Assembly (NCBI GenBank): GCA_017499595.2
Contig: CM038999.1
Span: 372,001 to 436,000, forward strand
Reading direction: 5' to 3'
DNA from: Psilocybe cubensis
Lineage: Eukaryota
DNA: 64,000 nucleotides
Made by a program: the position numbers and the translations under genes. The notes beneath the pieces were generated by a model. That model did not search any database, was not told where the DNA came from, and worked only from the letters and a program-made list of their open reading frames with translations. This document shows, piece after piece, positions 39,100 to 50,533 of this stretch; position 1 is the stretch's first letter; each line of letters opens with the position of its first letter.

Positions 39100-40622
39100 G
39101 ATGAATGCACGACGTTCATGCTAGGATCAGGAGGACATTGCGGGAGGAATGTAGCACATATGTACCGTTCAACTCATTGTATCATACCACGATTCGGATA
39201 CTTTTATAACTAGTACTGTAGAAGCAATTTTAGAATTTTTTATACACATATTGATGCTGGTACCCAGTGAGCCACTGAAATGTGTTTTTCTCTGGATTCA
39301 GCTTAAGTAGGTTGACGTATTGCTTGCGTATTGTTGCTAACATTTCAATTTAAAAACACGCTGCACACGGCTGCACACGCAATTGATGGTAAATTTGTGC
39401 CTAGCTTCAATTAAGTACATGCATGGATAAATAATGAGTTTCGGATACGGTCTATCTCGCGCGGCGTATACGTCTCTTGATTATCTAGACCGTCGAGGTC
39501 GAGACGCCCTTCACGAGATACCCTGCGCGATCCTGCTCCGGATGCCTTTAAAACTTCTTTGAAGCTGGGACTCGTGAACGTGTGCTTCATCAAGCCGAAA
39601 GTCTATTTGATCCGATTGTAACAATTGTATGTAATCCGAGTCACTAGATAAGACTTGGCGCCCACATTCAACGAATATATATCTACCCCTAACCCCTAAT
39701 GAGGTGGGATGTTGTAAAAAAACAGAACTTAACTCTCCAGATGATTTTGCAATGTCGACTGCCATTTTTAAGCACATACCTTCGTAGAAAGGCGGAGCGT
39801 AGGTGAGTCCCAGCGCAGCTGGCAATTACTAGTACTATTTGGGCAACCTTGACGCGCCTCGGACCCGTGGTTATTTACGCGTTGTTTGTTAGTAATTTCT
39901 TGAGTGCCTAAAAACAAATACATTCATTATTCGCAGGTTTATTCGCGCGCCTGACGCATCTTGAAATCGCATTTTGCAAGGTCAGGTTCACCGAAGTTTT
40001 AACTTGGTCGTCGCAGACGGGTTTCAGACGAATTTTCAAGAGCAGACCTAGTATTGATCGCCACCTCTTCATATCAAGCTGACGGCGGTGAGTAGGTTTT
40101 GAATTACGACTACATTACCAGAGTACACCTCACACCCGCGTGCCCAAACAGGTCTAAAAAGACCAATTCCCCTCCTCATTTACTGCATGAACTCGACTGC
40201 TCATAGACTCAACCCATAGGCGGTCGACATGACAATTTTCTCGGGATGTTTCCAACCGGTCGCTACTTTTTGGGTATTGGGCGCCCTTGAAACGTCTTAG
40301 GCGTAGCCTCCTCGAACGCCGACTCACAGTTATAGAATCTGTGAAAGTGCTGACTTGTTAACTATTTCAATGGGCGGTCAAAGACTTCCGCCGTTTGCCG
40401 CTCAAAGATGCACTTACACTTTTACCTATACTTCCATCACCACTACTTGGCTCCCGCATCACAATCATCCACTGTCTTTACTTGATTTTCTAAAAAGACT
40501 CTCAATCTATAGCCTAGGTGCCTCTGTAAACGCGTCGAATGCACCTTTTGCAGTTGGCAAGGTTATCAAACGACTGGGCATTGTAGAAGGTCGATCTGTG
40601 TGCCTCCGCTCTCTTCTGATTG

Positions 40623-41855
40623 ATGTCTTCAGCTGGCGGTCTCTCCAGCATCTCGGCTCCTAGCCAAAGCGCTACGGACTCTGCTACTCCAACAACGACA
40701 CCCCTACCCAGCTCTACAACTGGTTTCAGCAATGTCATCTCTGGCTCATTCACTGTACATGAGACAGGTGTGTACTATGTTTTCTTTGAGAAAGGAAAAT
40801 ATCCAAACATATTTTCTTTCGCAGTTACAGTGCCAACAACGATAGACGGACGAGCTACATCCGTTGAAATTGTGGTAACCACAATGATACCGAATACACC
40901 AGCACTCGATGTCATCCCAGTTCATAAGCGACCCAACACACATGTTGTGGCGGGTGTTGTAACATCCGTGGTCGTTCTTGTAGTGATTTTCCTGCTCCTA
41001 CTATTTTACTATCGAAGACGAAGGTCGCCAAAGCAGGGCGGCGTTGATGGCACTAAGGATCCTCTCGCAAATGTTCACCTTTCCCGCAGGAAAACGCGAC
41101 GCGTTGGGAATAATCATGAAGAGAACGAAACTGGCACCGTGACACCGTTCGAAGTTAGCCAATTAGCACCCTTGACGCCCAACACTCCAGCTTCATCGAC
41201 AGATATGTCCCATGAGACGTCGCCGACCCTCTCTGGGTACCTGTCGCCACCCGCATCACACACTATAAACAACAACGAACGCAGTTCAGAGAAAGGTTGC
41301 ATTAGACCTCCTTCTACTACCCACTCGAGCAATAATATTATTTTACCTCTTCCTCCCGGTCTAATACTTGATGAGAAACGCGCCCATGCTCCCTACGTGC
41401 TCCAGTGGGAGCCTTCGACCCCTTCGACCCTCCCGCCTACACCAACCGCTGGCTCATATAACCATCCAACTCCTTCTCCCTCACCCTCTTCATCCTCACC
41501 ACCCCGTGCCGAGCGCTCACTTTCGTACCTCCTCTCTAGCACGCGCCCCATGTCCACCATTGCCCCATCCATTGCCCCGTCAGAAGTCGCCCCAGCCTAC
41601 TCTGCGCGCCGGATGCACTTCCGCTACCGCTCCGGTGCATCGGTATTGACTAATGCCACTGAGAGCATCCCGCCCGCTTATGACCAGCATTACGAGCATG
41701 ACGCTGCGAACGCCCCGCCGGTGCCGCCACTTCCCCCTCTCCCTGCAACGGCGGTGCCTGGGGCAGCCTCTAACGCCAACTCCAGAACAGCTGGTAGAGA
41801 AAGGGAACCAGGGTCAGTAGTAGTACGTAGCTTGCCTTCCATTCCCCCCTCCTAA
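40623..41855 (+). CDS. Single-pass membrane protein: Ser/Thr-rich N-terminal region, TM helix, Pro-rich cytosolic tail with PPAY
   Basis: 411-aa ORF containing VVAGVVTSVVVLVVIFLLLLFYYRRRR. There is a probable in-frame intron near 40768-40823. Confidence 0.75.
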   Translation: MSSAGGLSSISAPSQSATDSATPTTTPLPSSTTGFSNVISGSFTVHETGVYYVFFEKGKYPNIFSFAVTVPTTIDGRATSVEIVVTTMIPNTPALDVIPVHKRPNTHVVAGVVTSVVVLVVIFLLLLFYYRRRRSPKQGGVDGTKDPLANVHLSRRKTRRVGNNHEENETGTVTPFEVSQLAPLTPNTPASSTDMSHETSPTLSGYLSPPASHTINNNERSSEKGCIRPPSTTHSSNNIILPLPPGLILDEKRAHAPYVLQWEPSTPSTLPPTPTAGSYNHPTPSPSPSSSSPPRAERSLSYLLSSTRPMSTIAPSIAPSEVAPAYSARRMHFRYRSGASVLTNATESIPPAYDQHYEHDAANAPPVPPLPPLPATAVPGAASNANSRTAGREREPGSVVVRSLPSIPPS

Positions 41856-42671
41856 TTTCTTGAATTTGGGGTTTGGAGTCTTCGCTTTTTCCACTGTGCG
41901 GCCTGTTGTATGTGTATGTGTCAACCATTCGTTCCTTTCGTCCCTTTCTTTTCAAATTGCCATTTACGTACTGTACTTTCTTTGAGATCTTACATATATT
42001 TTGATCCTCTCGTTATCCGTGTGAGACCTTATTTGCACGTTGTCCAGTTCTTCATGAACTACTGTTATTCAGGTTAAGAGTGTAGACTCTTGGAATCATT
42101 TTTGTGAGAGCTACAATATATCTGTTCGATACCAGTGATAATTTGAAACGGTTGCATGAGGTCGGCCGTTATCTTCCACAATTAACCACCATCAAAATTA
42201 ACAACGCTACAAAGTGTCAGTTCTAATGTATCGCAAAGATGTATCAAGAGTACTTTGACTGCCGTGGATAACGATCGCGGCACCCTCCTTTAGGTTATAC
42301 GAAAGTTCACTTGGAGTTCTCGAACATGCTAGAGGAGCATGTGCGCTTTTGCTTCGGACCTAAAACGGAATGGGCAACATAGGTTTCAATGGGGACGCTG
42401 GACAATGAGATGGCAAGGGAAGATAGAAACTAACTCTGGGAATAGAGATGAGGTATCCTGAAGGACTGAACATACAGACAGTAAAGAGTAATGGAAAACA
42501 GACATGGATAAAACGTGGCAAAATAACAAAAAAGCTAGTGGACAAAGAATATTTCGTGTCTCCTCCTCTTGTGGTCGCTGTCGAGGATGAGGTTCGTAGG
42601 GTCGTCAACAACATAAAAGTACATGTGGAATCGGCATGCTCGTTACATCGTAATTCCATCACTTTGGGCAT

Positions 42672-43414
42672 TTACACCCATTGGGCCCTGTCCCAGGCAG
42701 GGTCTTGAAGGAAAGCACACAAAACCTTGCTTCCAGTCTAAAACCAAATGATACCAATGAGAACCAATCTCTTTCGCGATCAGCATTCAACATACCTGCA
42801 GAAGAGGGTGCCCAGCTACAATGCTCAAGAACCTTTCGAGCCCCTCACGCCGACTCTCGATGACCTCATCAGAGAAGCGGTTGGTAAAGACTTTTCCTGG
42901 GAGAGGGGGGATGTTGACACGGGTAGATTCGTGCTCCAGGATATCTCGAAAGGCCTCGAAATCGGAGTATCGCCTGCGAACAAGCGAATGGCGCAGCTTA
43001 AAAGCAGGGATGTTGGTCTAGTTTGGCGAGGCATCAGTGTCGGATACGCATTTGTTGCAAATCCCGGCGCACCTTGCACACAATTTCGTAATCGGTGTAC
43101 ATTTTCCTTCCAAAACCTATGTTTGAGCAGTGATTGAGGACAATTAGAACGACCATTGGGAAGTACAACGGAGGGATTGGCAAGATGTGACTCACCATGT
43201 GTCTGCGGATTCCTGACCTCAATCTCCAAGAAACTCTCTGGGACACTGTACATTTCTTCAATCTAAGATATGCATATGGTTAGTACGAACCGAGAACAAG
43301 CGTACTCAGAACGTTGCAAAGACTATCAAATAAACGCACCGTCTGCTCCCTCGCAGATAAAAGACTCTCTTCAAACGCAGAACTGCGAGCAAAAGGGGAC
43401 ACTGTTGTCGCCAT
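42672..43414 (-). CDS. SNX3: Sorting nexin-3 (PX domain)
   Basis: [98 protein letters not shown], 5 exons. Confidence 0.93.
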
Positions 43415-43681
43415 TTAGAATTTAGAGTGTTGTTTACGTCTTCCTATGTAGATATGAGTGAAAATAGACCAAAGAGAACAAGCTTGTTGGGGCGAGATAT
43501 CAGAAAGAGTTTGAACGGATCCACAGCTGTGCGTCACGCTGCAGATAGTCGGTGACAAGTGTGACGAGGTTTAATCACCACGTGAAACTCTGCTGATAAG
43601 ATTAGATTAATTACATACCTTTCCAACTTAAAGATATCATCAATGACTCGGATCATACCTTGCAGCGTATTAGACTCGACT

Positions 43682-43820
43682 CCAGTCTAGTTGGGTGGAA
43701 TACACTTACTAATAGTATGTACATGTTGTATCCGAATACCTAGCCACCAAAAATGCCAAGAATTGTATTTGTTCCCAAATCAGTAAAACCCGGGTTGGGT
43801 ATTCCACCTAACTAGACTGG
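43682..43820. repeat. 139-bp element bounded by 22-bp inverted repeats (MITE-like or hairpin)
   Basis: ccagtctagttgggtggaatac (43682-43703) pairs with gtattccacctaactagactgg (43799-43820) with 1 mismatch. No clear TSD. Confidence 0.7.
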
Positions 43821-43974
43821 TGGGGATTTACCGTAAAGCAGTGCGTGGATGTTTTAAACTCCGTCTACCCTTTTTCGGACACGCATCAGATGCGCATCAA
43901 TGATTCACGTGCATACGCGTCAACGCGTCATCCCCTAATTACTGTTTAACTGGCCGTTTAGCCTCACGAAAAAC

Positions 43975-46900
43975 ATGTCGTACCCTACTCCCACCTCGCC
44001 GCGCAGGTCGCGACCCTATAACGATGAAAACTCAAGCTCGCCGTTGATGATTCGTACCCCCAACAATCCATTTCGAAGCCCGCTGACCGATCTGTCAAGC
44101 CAAACTAGCCCAAACTTCTCCACACCCGGTGTCAGCCACTTTTCTCAGCCCCTGCTGTACACGTTCGTTTCCACGCCTGCCATTGCTACCCCAAAACCTC
44201 GAAAAAAGCGTCGTGTTGCTCAAAATGTCTCGCCGAACACTAGACGACGACTTACAGAAGATTGGCAAGAGCGAAATAGTGCTTCTGTGGAGATGCAAAA
44301 AGAGGAAGAGGATAGGGATAATCGGGCCAAAAAGACCCGAATGCTTGACGAGGCATTTAAATCGATACGAAAGGCGGGTTTCCCAACGTTTCGGCACTTC
44401 TTGGAGGACGCACTTACCGCTCACGACCCCTCTCAAGCATCACAAATATCTCAACTTGTCAAAAACCACGGGCCCGCCTTGTTTTCTTTAGGTCGGAAAT
44501 TGCAGCCCGCCATCGTCGATGACTGGATTATTTCTTCACACCGAGAGCTTGTCAGCATGCAGTGTAAGGCACTGGCAGAGCTATTTCAGCCGCCGCAACT
44601 GTCCAGAGTCACGGATACGCTTTCTCATTTCTCAATCAAGCAGTACCTTGCTGATGCGGAACGTGTAGCACCTTTAATATGTGACATTCTTCGACAAATT
44701 GGCTACCCGAACGGCGCTCGAGAGTCAAAATACAAGAACCGTGAACTGGTAAGTAAAATTCTAGCAACTATTCTTCGATATTCTACTCAATATACATGTA
44801 TTCTAGATCATTGCAACCGCTCTGTGTATGCTTGCAAAGTCACGAAACGAGCATGCTACAGAGTTTCAAACAACAATGGGCATGTACTTTCTAGCGTCTG
44901 GAACTCAAAGCTCTCTGTTTGCTGTTCTCAACCATGCGGGCATTTCATTATCGTATACTCAGGTGATTTTGAAGCTAAAGCAGCTATCTCAAGAGCGGCT
45001 CAAGCTTGCACAGACTATTGCTCGACTCCAAGCCTTTATGCTTATTTGGGACAATTTGAACTTTAGATTCATTGTTGCTGAGCAGCGTCATGATGCAAAG
45101 TCGCATTTTGACAGTGGAACAACTGCTACAATGGTGCCATTATATGGTTTTAAACACGGCGAGCTTTCTTGTTCTTTAAAGCCTCCCCGTTTGCGGCATG
45201 TCTTAGAACTGGATATAAAAGCTGAAGACCTTTTACCGAGTGCCGAAGAAGCTCTTCGAGTTCAACAAGCGCAAATCTGGCACATTTCCGATATACTATA
45301 TGATGCGTTTCCAGATCTACGAAAGCGTATAGCTAAGACTATTCCACCTTTTCCTTCCGTGCTGCAGATTCCACTCCACAAAACTGAGCAATATCCGCTT
45401 CCAGCAATGCATATCGATGAATCAAGCCTCGACGGCACACTACAAGTCTTTAACTCCATTCTGAAGGACTCGCTAAAGCTGACCGAAGAGGAACTCAAAG
45501 CTCATGGACTGATCATTTGCGCCGGAGATCAGTTGTCGTTATCACTTCTTGACAAGGTATGTCGATGCTTATGTACTACAAATATTATTGTTTACAATTA
45601 CTTCTATCAAGGTGTCTGCAATCCGTCGAGATGATACAGACTTTATGGATAACATTGGCAAATATACGCTAGGTCAAGACGGCCTTCTTCATGTCAAGTT
45701 CTCGCACACGCGAATGGTTGCTAATGAGTACTGGGGTAAACCGAACTCAAAATCACCGTGGTCGCTATGGAGAATCAACACGCTTCTAGGGCGCAAGCCT
45801 GTCTGCGCTGGATGGACAGCAAAATCTCCTGCTCCGTTTCGGCCTATATGGGAGCTTATTTTGAATCTCACGCTGCCGGCTCATATTCTTGATGCGTTTC
45901 GCATCTTTTGTTCTGAAGAAACTGTTGAAGCGTGGGTGAAAAAGGTTGATCATCATGATACAATTGCTCTTGTTGCCCAAAAGATACATGACGAACTCTG
46001 TTCAGGCCACCGAGTGGCCCAGCTTCGTCAAGAGAGGGCTATCAAACGTGACGTACCTCTTGAAAACATTATCTTGTTTAATCGTGATGCTTTGCACCTT
46101 CGACAACTCAAGTATGCGATCAAACAAGGTGATGTGGGTGCCGTTTTGGACCTTATTACTCATTTAATGCTCGCCTTTCGAGGAACGGGACATACACCTA
46201 AATATGCTGATGCATTATTTCACATTGTCATCAATTTAAAGCGGATGGATCCATTGCTTCGGTAAGACATTATCCTTTCTATTTATGATTAGAATGCTAA
46301 TGTTATAATTTAGACGTGCCTGGCTGTTTAACTGGCTTGCAAATCTGACCGGTAAACCCAACGGTTTCAAAGAGATGGATCTTCTTCAAGAACATTTAAA
46401 TTTTTGGCTAAAAGTATGTTTAACAATCTTTTTATTCTAATTGGACTCATAAATTAGTATTACTAGGTAATATACAGTGCCAAGGGTGTTAACCGAACGT
46501 GGGCATGGCTGAGCATGGTCTCCGTATGCATATTTGCGCTTCGAGACGTTATTCGCAATGTGCGCGAGGAGTTTTCAATTCCATTTAACAGCATACGTCA
46601 TGCTATGCCATCAACATCAACAGACGTAAACACAATCCGCACCTATCTTCAGGCCCATCGACTTCAAGAATTCTGTCCAGCTAGGGAAAACAATGCCGCT
46701 GCAGTTGAAGCACGGGATCTCATGGTAATAGGTGCTCATTATGCTAACAAACCAAGTGCGTTTCGCAATTTCCGACATACAAAGTTCAAAACAAAAAATC
46801 ATGGTAATGCTGGCGAGCCAGATTGCGTATCCGCTGATGAAGCAGAAGATGAAGAGGCCCAATGTTCGGGTAATATTGACGTGGGAGAAGACCTTGAAAC

Positions 46901-47012
46901 TGGGCTCGAAGACTTGCTTTTGGATGAAGAAGAATACCCAGAGGGTTTAGATGCGGAAAATGTTTTTGCTGCGGTTAATGAGATTATAAATGAAATGCGT
47001 AGTTTAGATTAA
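43975..47012 (+). CDS. DUF6589-like protein (putative RNase-H-fold DDE transposase), 5 exons
   Basis: Motifs LIWDNLN, PAMHIDESSLDGT, AGDQLS, GLLHVKF, GHTPKYA and EMDLLQEHLNFWLK are present, and the spliced frame appears intact. Confidence 0.8.
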
Positions 47013-47031
47013 GGTGAGTAACTATATATTT

Positions 47032-49304
47032 CTAACTACTATCGCTCATATTACCACTTTCATCGCTTTCATAGATTGTATTCATATTAAATTCTGTTGC
47101 CACTGTACACCATATAAGTGGAACTTGAGGTAACGCATCCGAGAAAACGTGAGCGGTTTTTGGCTTTTTCCATTTTAATGAATTTGTGCTGGTAGGCTGC
47201 TGTTGCTTGCGCTGCAAATGTTTGCGAGCTTCGATTGGCTGGTTTTGCTGATCAAGCACTTCGTAAATGACTTCTAACTGTTGTATAAGCATACGTCCAA
47301 GCTCATTTGGACCACCTGTTTCTTCATTATGCCCCCGGTTCCATCGCACGTGAGCACAAAGTGTTGTATAGTCACGAACCGATTCTAATCGATGACCGCA
47401 GGTTGAGATGGTGGCAATGGTTTTGTCGGAAAGAATCAAAGACCCAGAAAGGCTAGTAATACCTGGGTATACCTTTCCAAAGAGGATGGTGTCGCGCCAT
47501 TCCGTAAGTTTTTTTCGAATGTATGCAGCTTCTTCATCCGGAACCTTTTTCTTCTTTCCTCGCTTTAAACCCTTTACCAATGGTACGGATGATATTTGAG
47601 GTACAAGAAACAAATGTGGCTGACAGTTGTCACAACAGCGTACATTGTTTCCTGGTCGATATGTGCTTGTGATTCCATAAATTAAACCAACTCAAATATT
47701 ATACTGTTAGTATATTATATTGTTCAAACATTTAACGCACACTCACGTTTCTTGGAATTTTGAAAAAATCTATTCCAAATGATGCGCCGGCATAATTTGG
47801 TCTGTGCATAAAGCAAAAGTGCCCGCCGTTCATGAATGTTGGTTTCTTTACCAAAACGTTTCAGCCGTTTTGCAGGAGCTGTTGATTTTTCTTGACGTAT
47901 CCCTTCTTCATCAACATCTTCCGTGACTTCATTATGCTCAATGGTCTCAGGTTCAGCTACTTCCAACTCGAAAATGGAATTAATTTCCGCAGGTGAATTG
48001 GATACATTTTCTTTCATCACGCTTTGCGGAATAATCATTATAGCTTCTCCCTGAGTATCCAAGTCACGGGCAGCTCTACCAGCCTCCTGGACAAATCCAC
48101 AAAAGGTAAGTGAAAGCCCCCATACAATAACTCGGGAAATGTTTCGATAGTCGCATCCCTATATGTATAAATGTAAGTAACCACTAATTAAATGGTACAA
48201 GAAAGAAATTTACCATTCCAAGTGCAGTAGTAGTAAACAAAATGCGAACCTTGCCTTTTCCGAGTAGAGATTCTAGCTCGCGCTTTTTTTTCTCGCCTAG
48301 ATAGGCATGATAAAAAGCAATGCAGCTTGGTATAATCCCTTGCTCGTTAGCCCAATCTCGAGCACGATCTGCACATATTTCTGCTATATCTCGTTGATTA
48401 CAGTATACCACTGAAACCAAAATGTCGTCAGGACAGGTTGCATTTTCAGGAATCAGAAAGCGAAGATCTGCTTTTGATTCATCTGAATGCTTCATAACCC
48501 GAACAGACAGAGCAACATTTGGTCTCTCATTAGTAACTGCAATTGTGCGCACCTCTTTTGTTAGACTAAGAGTGCTTTTAACGTTGTCAAGAATGTGATC
48601 TGGAAAGGTTGCTGATGCCACTACAATTGGTACATTGCGTGGAAGCCTGCCCCGAAGTATACCTAGTTGCTGATACTCAGGACGGAAAGTACCTCCCCAC
48701 ACTGTGATGCAGTGTGCTTCATCAATGTTTACAGCACGTAGTGCATCAGTGAATGAAACCTTCATAAACACTTCACGGTGAAACTCTTGAGATACAATAA
48801 TCTCAGGAGACACAATGACATGCCGAAACTTCAAGTTAACAATATCCTATTAATAATTAGAGTGTTATATTGATTTAAATTAGACTTGTGCTTGAAATTT
48901 TACACATACCAAATACATTTGGACCTTGCCAACACGGATAGCAGTTTCTTGACATACTGCAATGGTGGGAATAGGACTACCATTGGCCTACATGACTCCT
49001 CAATTAGAGTTTATTAAGAGAAACACCTAAAAATTACCTGCTCTATCATCAAGGCTGACAATGGAGATACAGTCACAGATACTGTTGTCTCATCAAGCAG
49101 CAAGGGCAGAATAAAGCATATGGTTTTTCCACATCCCGTTCCAACATCAAGAATAAGATCATGGCCACACAATACCGTTTTTGCGGCATCAAGTTGCCAC
49201 TGAAACGGGCGCCTATCAAGAACCTCAAGCGCCCTTTGAGCAAGAAGAGAGATATTAAAATCTTCCTCCTTGTATATCTTCACTCTGGACTCGGGTGGGG
49301 ACAT
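47032..49304 (-). CDS. RecQ-like (SF2, DEAH) helicase, transposon-associated type
   Basis: PFQWQ, GTGCGKT (Walker A), IDEAHC, ASAT, FYHA, TTALGM|GCD, QEAGRAARD and a Zn-binding CRR...CCDNC. Confidence 0.88.
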
Positions 49305-49514
49305 GAAATTAGGACCACAAGAGTGGCCTATATTTTCGGGGTTCTTATAAATAAAACTTGTTAAATTTCAGGCTTCAAAGTATTCCAAAAGTACAGAAAC
49401 GAGATTGAGGTGACTGGATCAATCTTGTTCCTCATCTTTGTATTGTGAATTACATGCGAATTTTGGGTGCTTTTATTCACAATATTTGAGCAGTAGACTT
49501 CCATTATATGCTAT

Positions 49515-49901
49515 TTAATATTGGTTATACTTACACAGATTAGAACATATGTATTTGGGTAAACGATACAAAAGTTTTGCAAAGGTACGAACGCCAGGGG
49601 TTTTGATTCCCAAAATAGATAGACGGAGTTTAAAAAGTCCATGTACTGCCTCACGGTAAATCCCTTCCAGACGATCTGGTACGAATATCATTGATGGGAT
49701 ACCCAATGCGGGTGCAACCCGTTTTCGGACAAGATCGGCTGGGGTCGAGACTAGCAGCGTATTAGGTCCAAGATGATCTTCACCAGCGAGCAAAAAAGTG
49801 TCCTGATCCACAGCAGGTTTAGAGCCTGGAAAATTAAGGACGGAATGTGATATGTGGTTCATGTCCAACAAGCAAGAAGTTTGGTTAGTGTGTGTGTGCA
49901 T
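49515..49901 (-). CDS. Hypothetical protein upstream of the RecQ gene (first exon only; 3' end unresolved)
   Basis: A 128-aa ORF with non-repetitive sequence and a gtaagt donor close to its end. Confidence 0.4.
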   Translation of the reverse strand: MHTHTNQTSCLLDMNHISHSVLNFPGSKPAVDQDTFLLAGEDHLGPNTLLVSTPADLVRKRVAPALGIPSMIFVPDRLEGIYREAVHGLFKLRLSILGIKTPGVRTFAKLLYRLPKYICSNLCKYNQY

Positions 49902-50533
49902 AATTTCAGGAAGTTCAGTGAGTTATCTAAAGAAAGAAGCTCAAGAATCACGTTGATAAGGCAGATAAGCAAGTGTAAGTAGCTAAGTACATGATTGCGA
50001 GCGGATCGAAGGAACCTTCTCTAGGGGTGAAGACCGCGACCCAACAAAAGCCAAATTGTACGAAGCATTTTCTCTAGTTTCCGAAGCCAAAAAATCCACC
50101 TTCCTTCTCGTCTTTCTGCTCCTTCAATTATCTTTTAGATTGTAGTGATATTTTTTATTGTTCATTGTGTACTTTGTAGGAGTCCATTTGTCATTTTTAC
50201 AGATTAATGTACCGATTGAGCTTGACTCAATAAGACGTTGTTTTTCTATGTTTAATGATATAAATAACTACTGTTCCATAATTTATTGTATCGTTCTTCG
50301 TTTCACGTATTGTAATGCTCTAACTACATGAAAATCCCCGAACTATAATCTAATCAGTAACGAGCCACATGATATAGGGGTAGATAATCAGCGTCATGAT
50401 CTAATCAAGTTTCAATTTGAAATTTGTTTTTTTCATTGCTTGCCCAGTGCCCATCGTCTACAGCGGTAATAGCAGGTAAATATCCAGTTTTCCAAGGCAA
50501 ATTTGCTCTCAACCTCAGTCTAACTTCATAGAA

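Larger units (their letters stand above)
43975..49901. mobile_element. Putative DNA-transposon cassette (DUF6589 + RecQ + small ORF); termini not identified
   Basis: Convergent transposase-like and helicase genes ~20 bp apart, more AT-rich than ADE6, lying between the divergent housekeeping genes SNX3 and ADE6. Confidence 0.6.

Noticed and set aside
43628-43640. TTAA-AGATATC as a possible Kolobok-like left terminus
   Set aside because: No matching inverted end with TTAA was found in 49300-50500.
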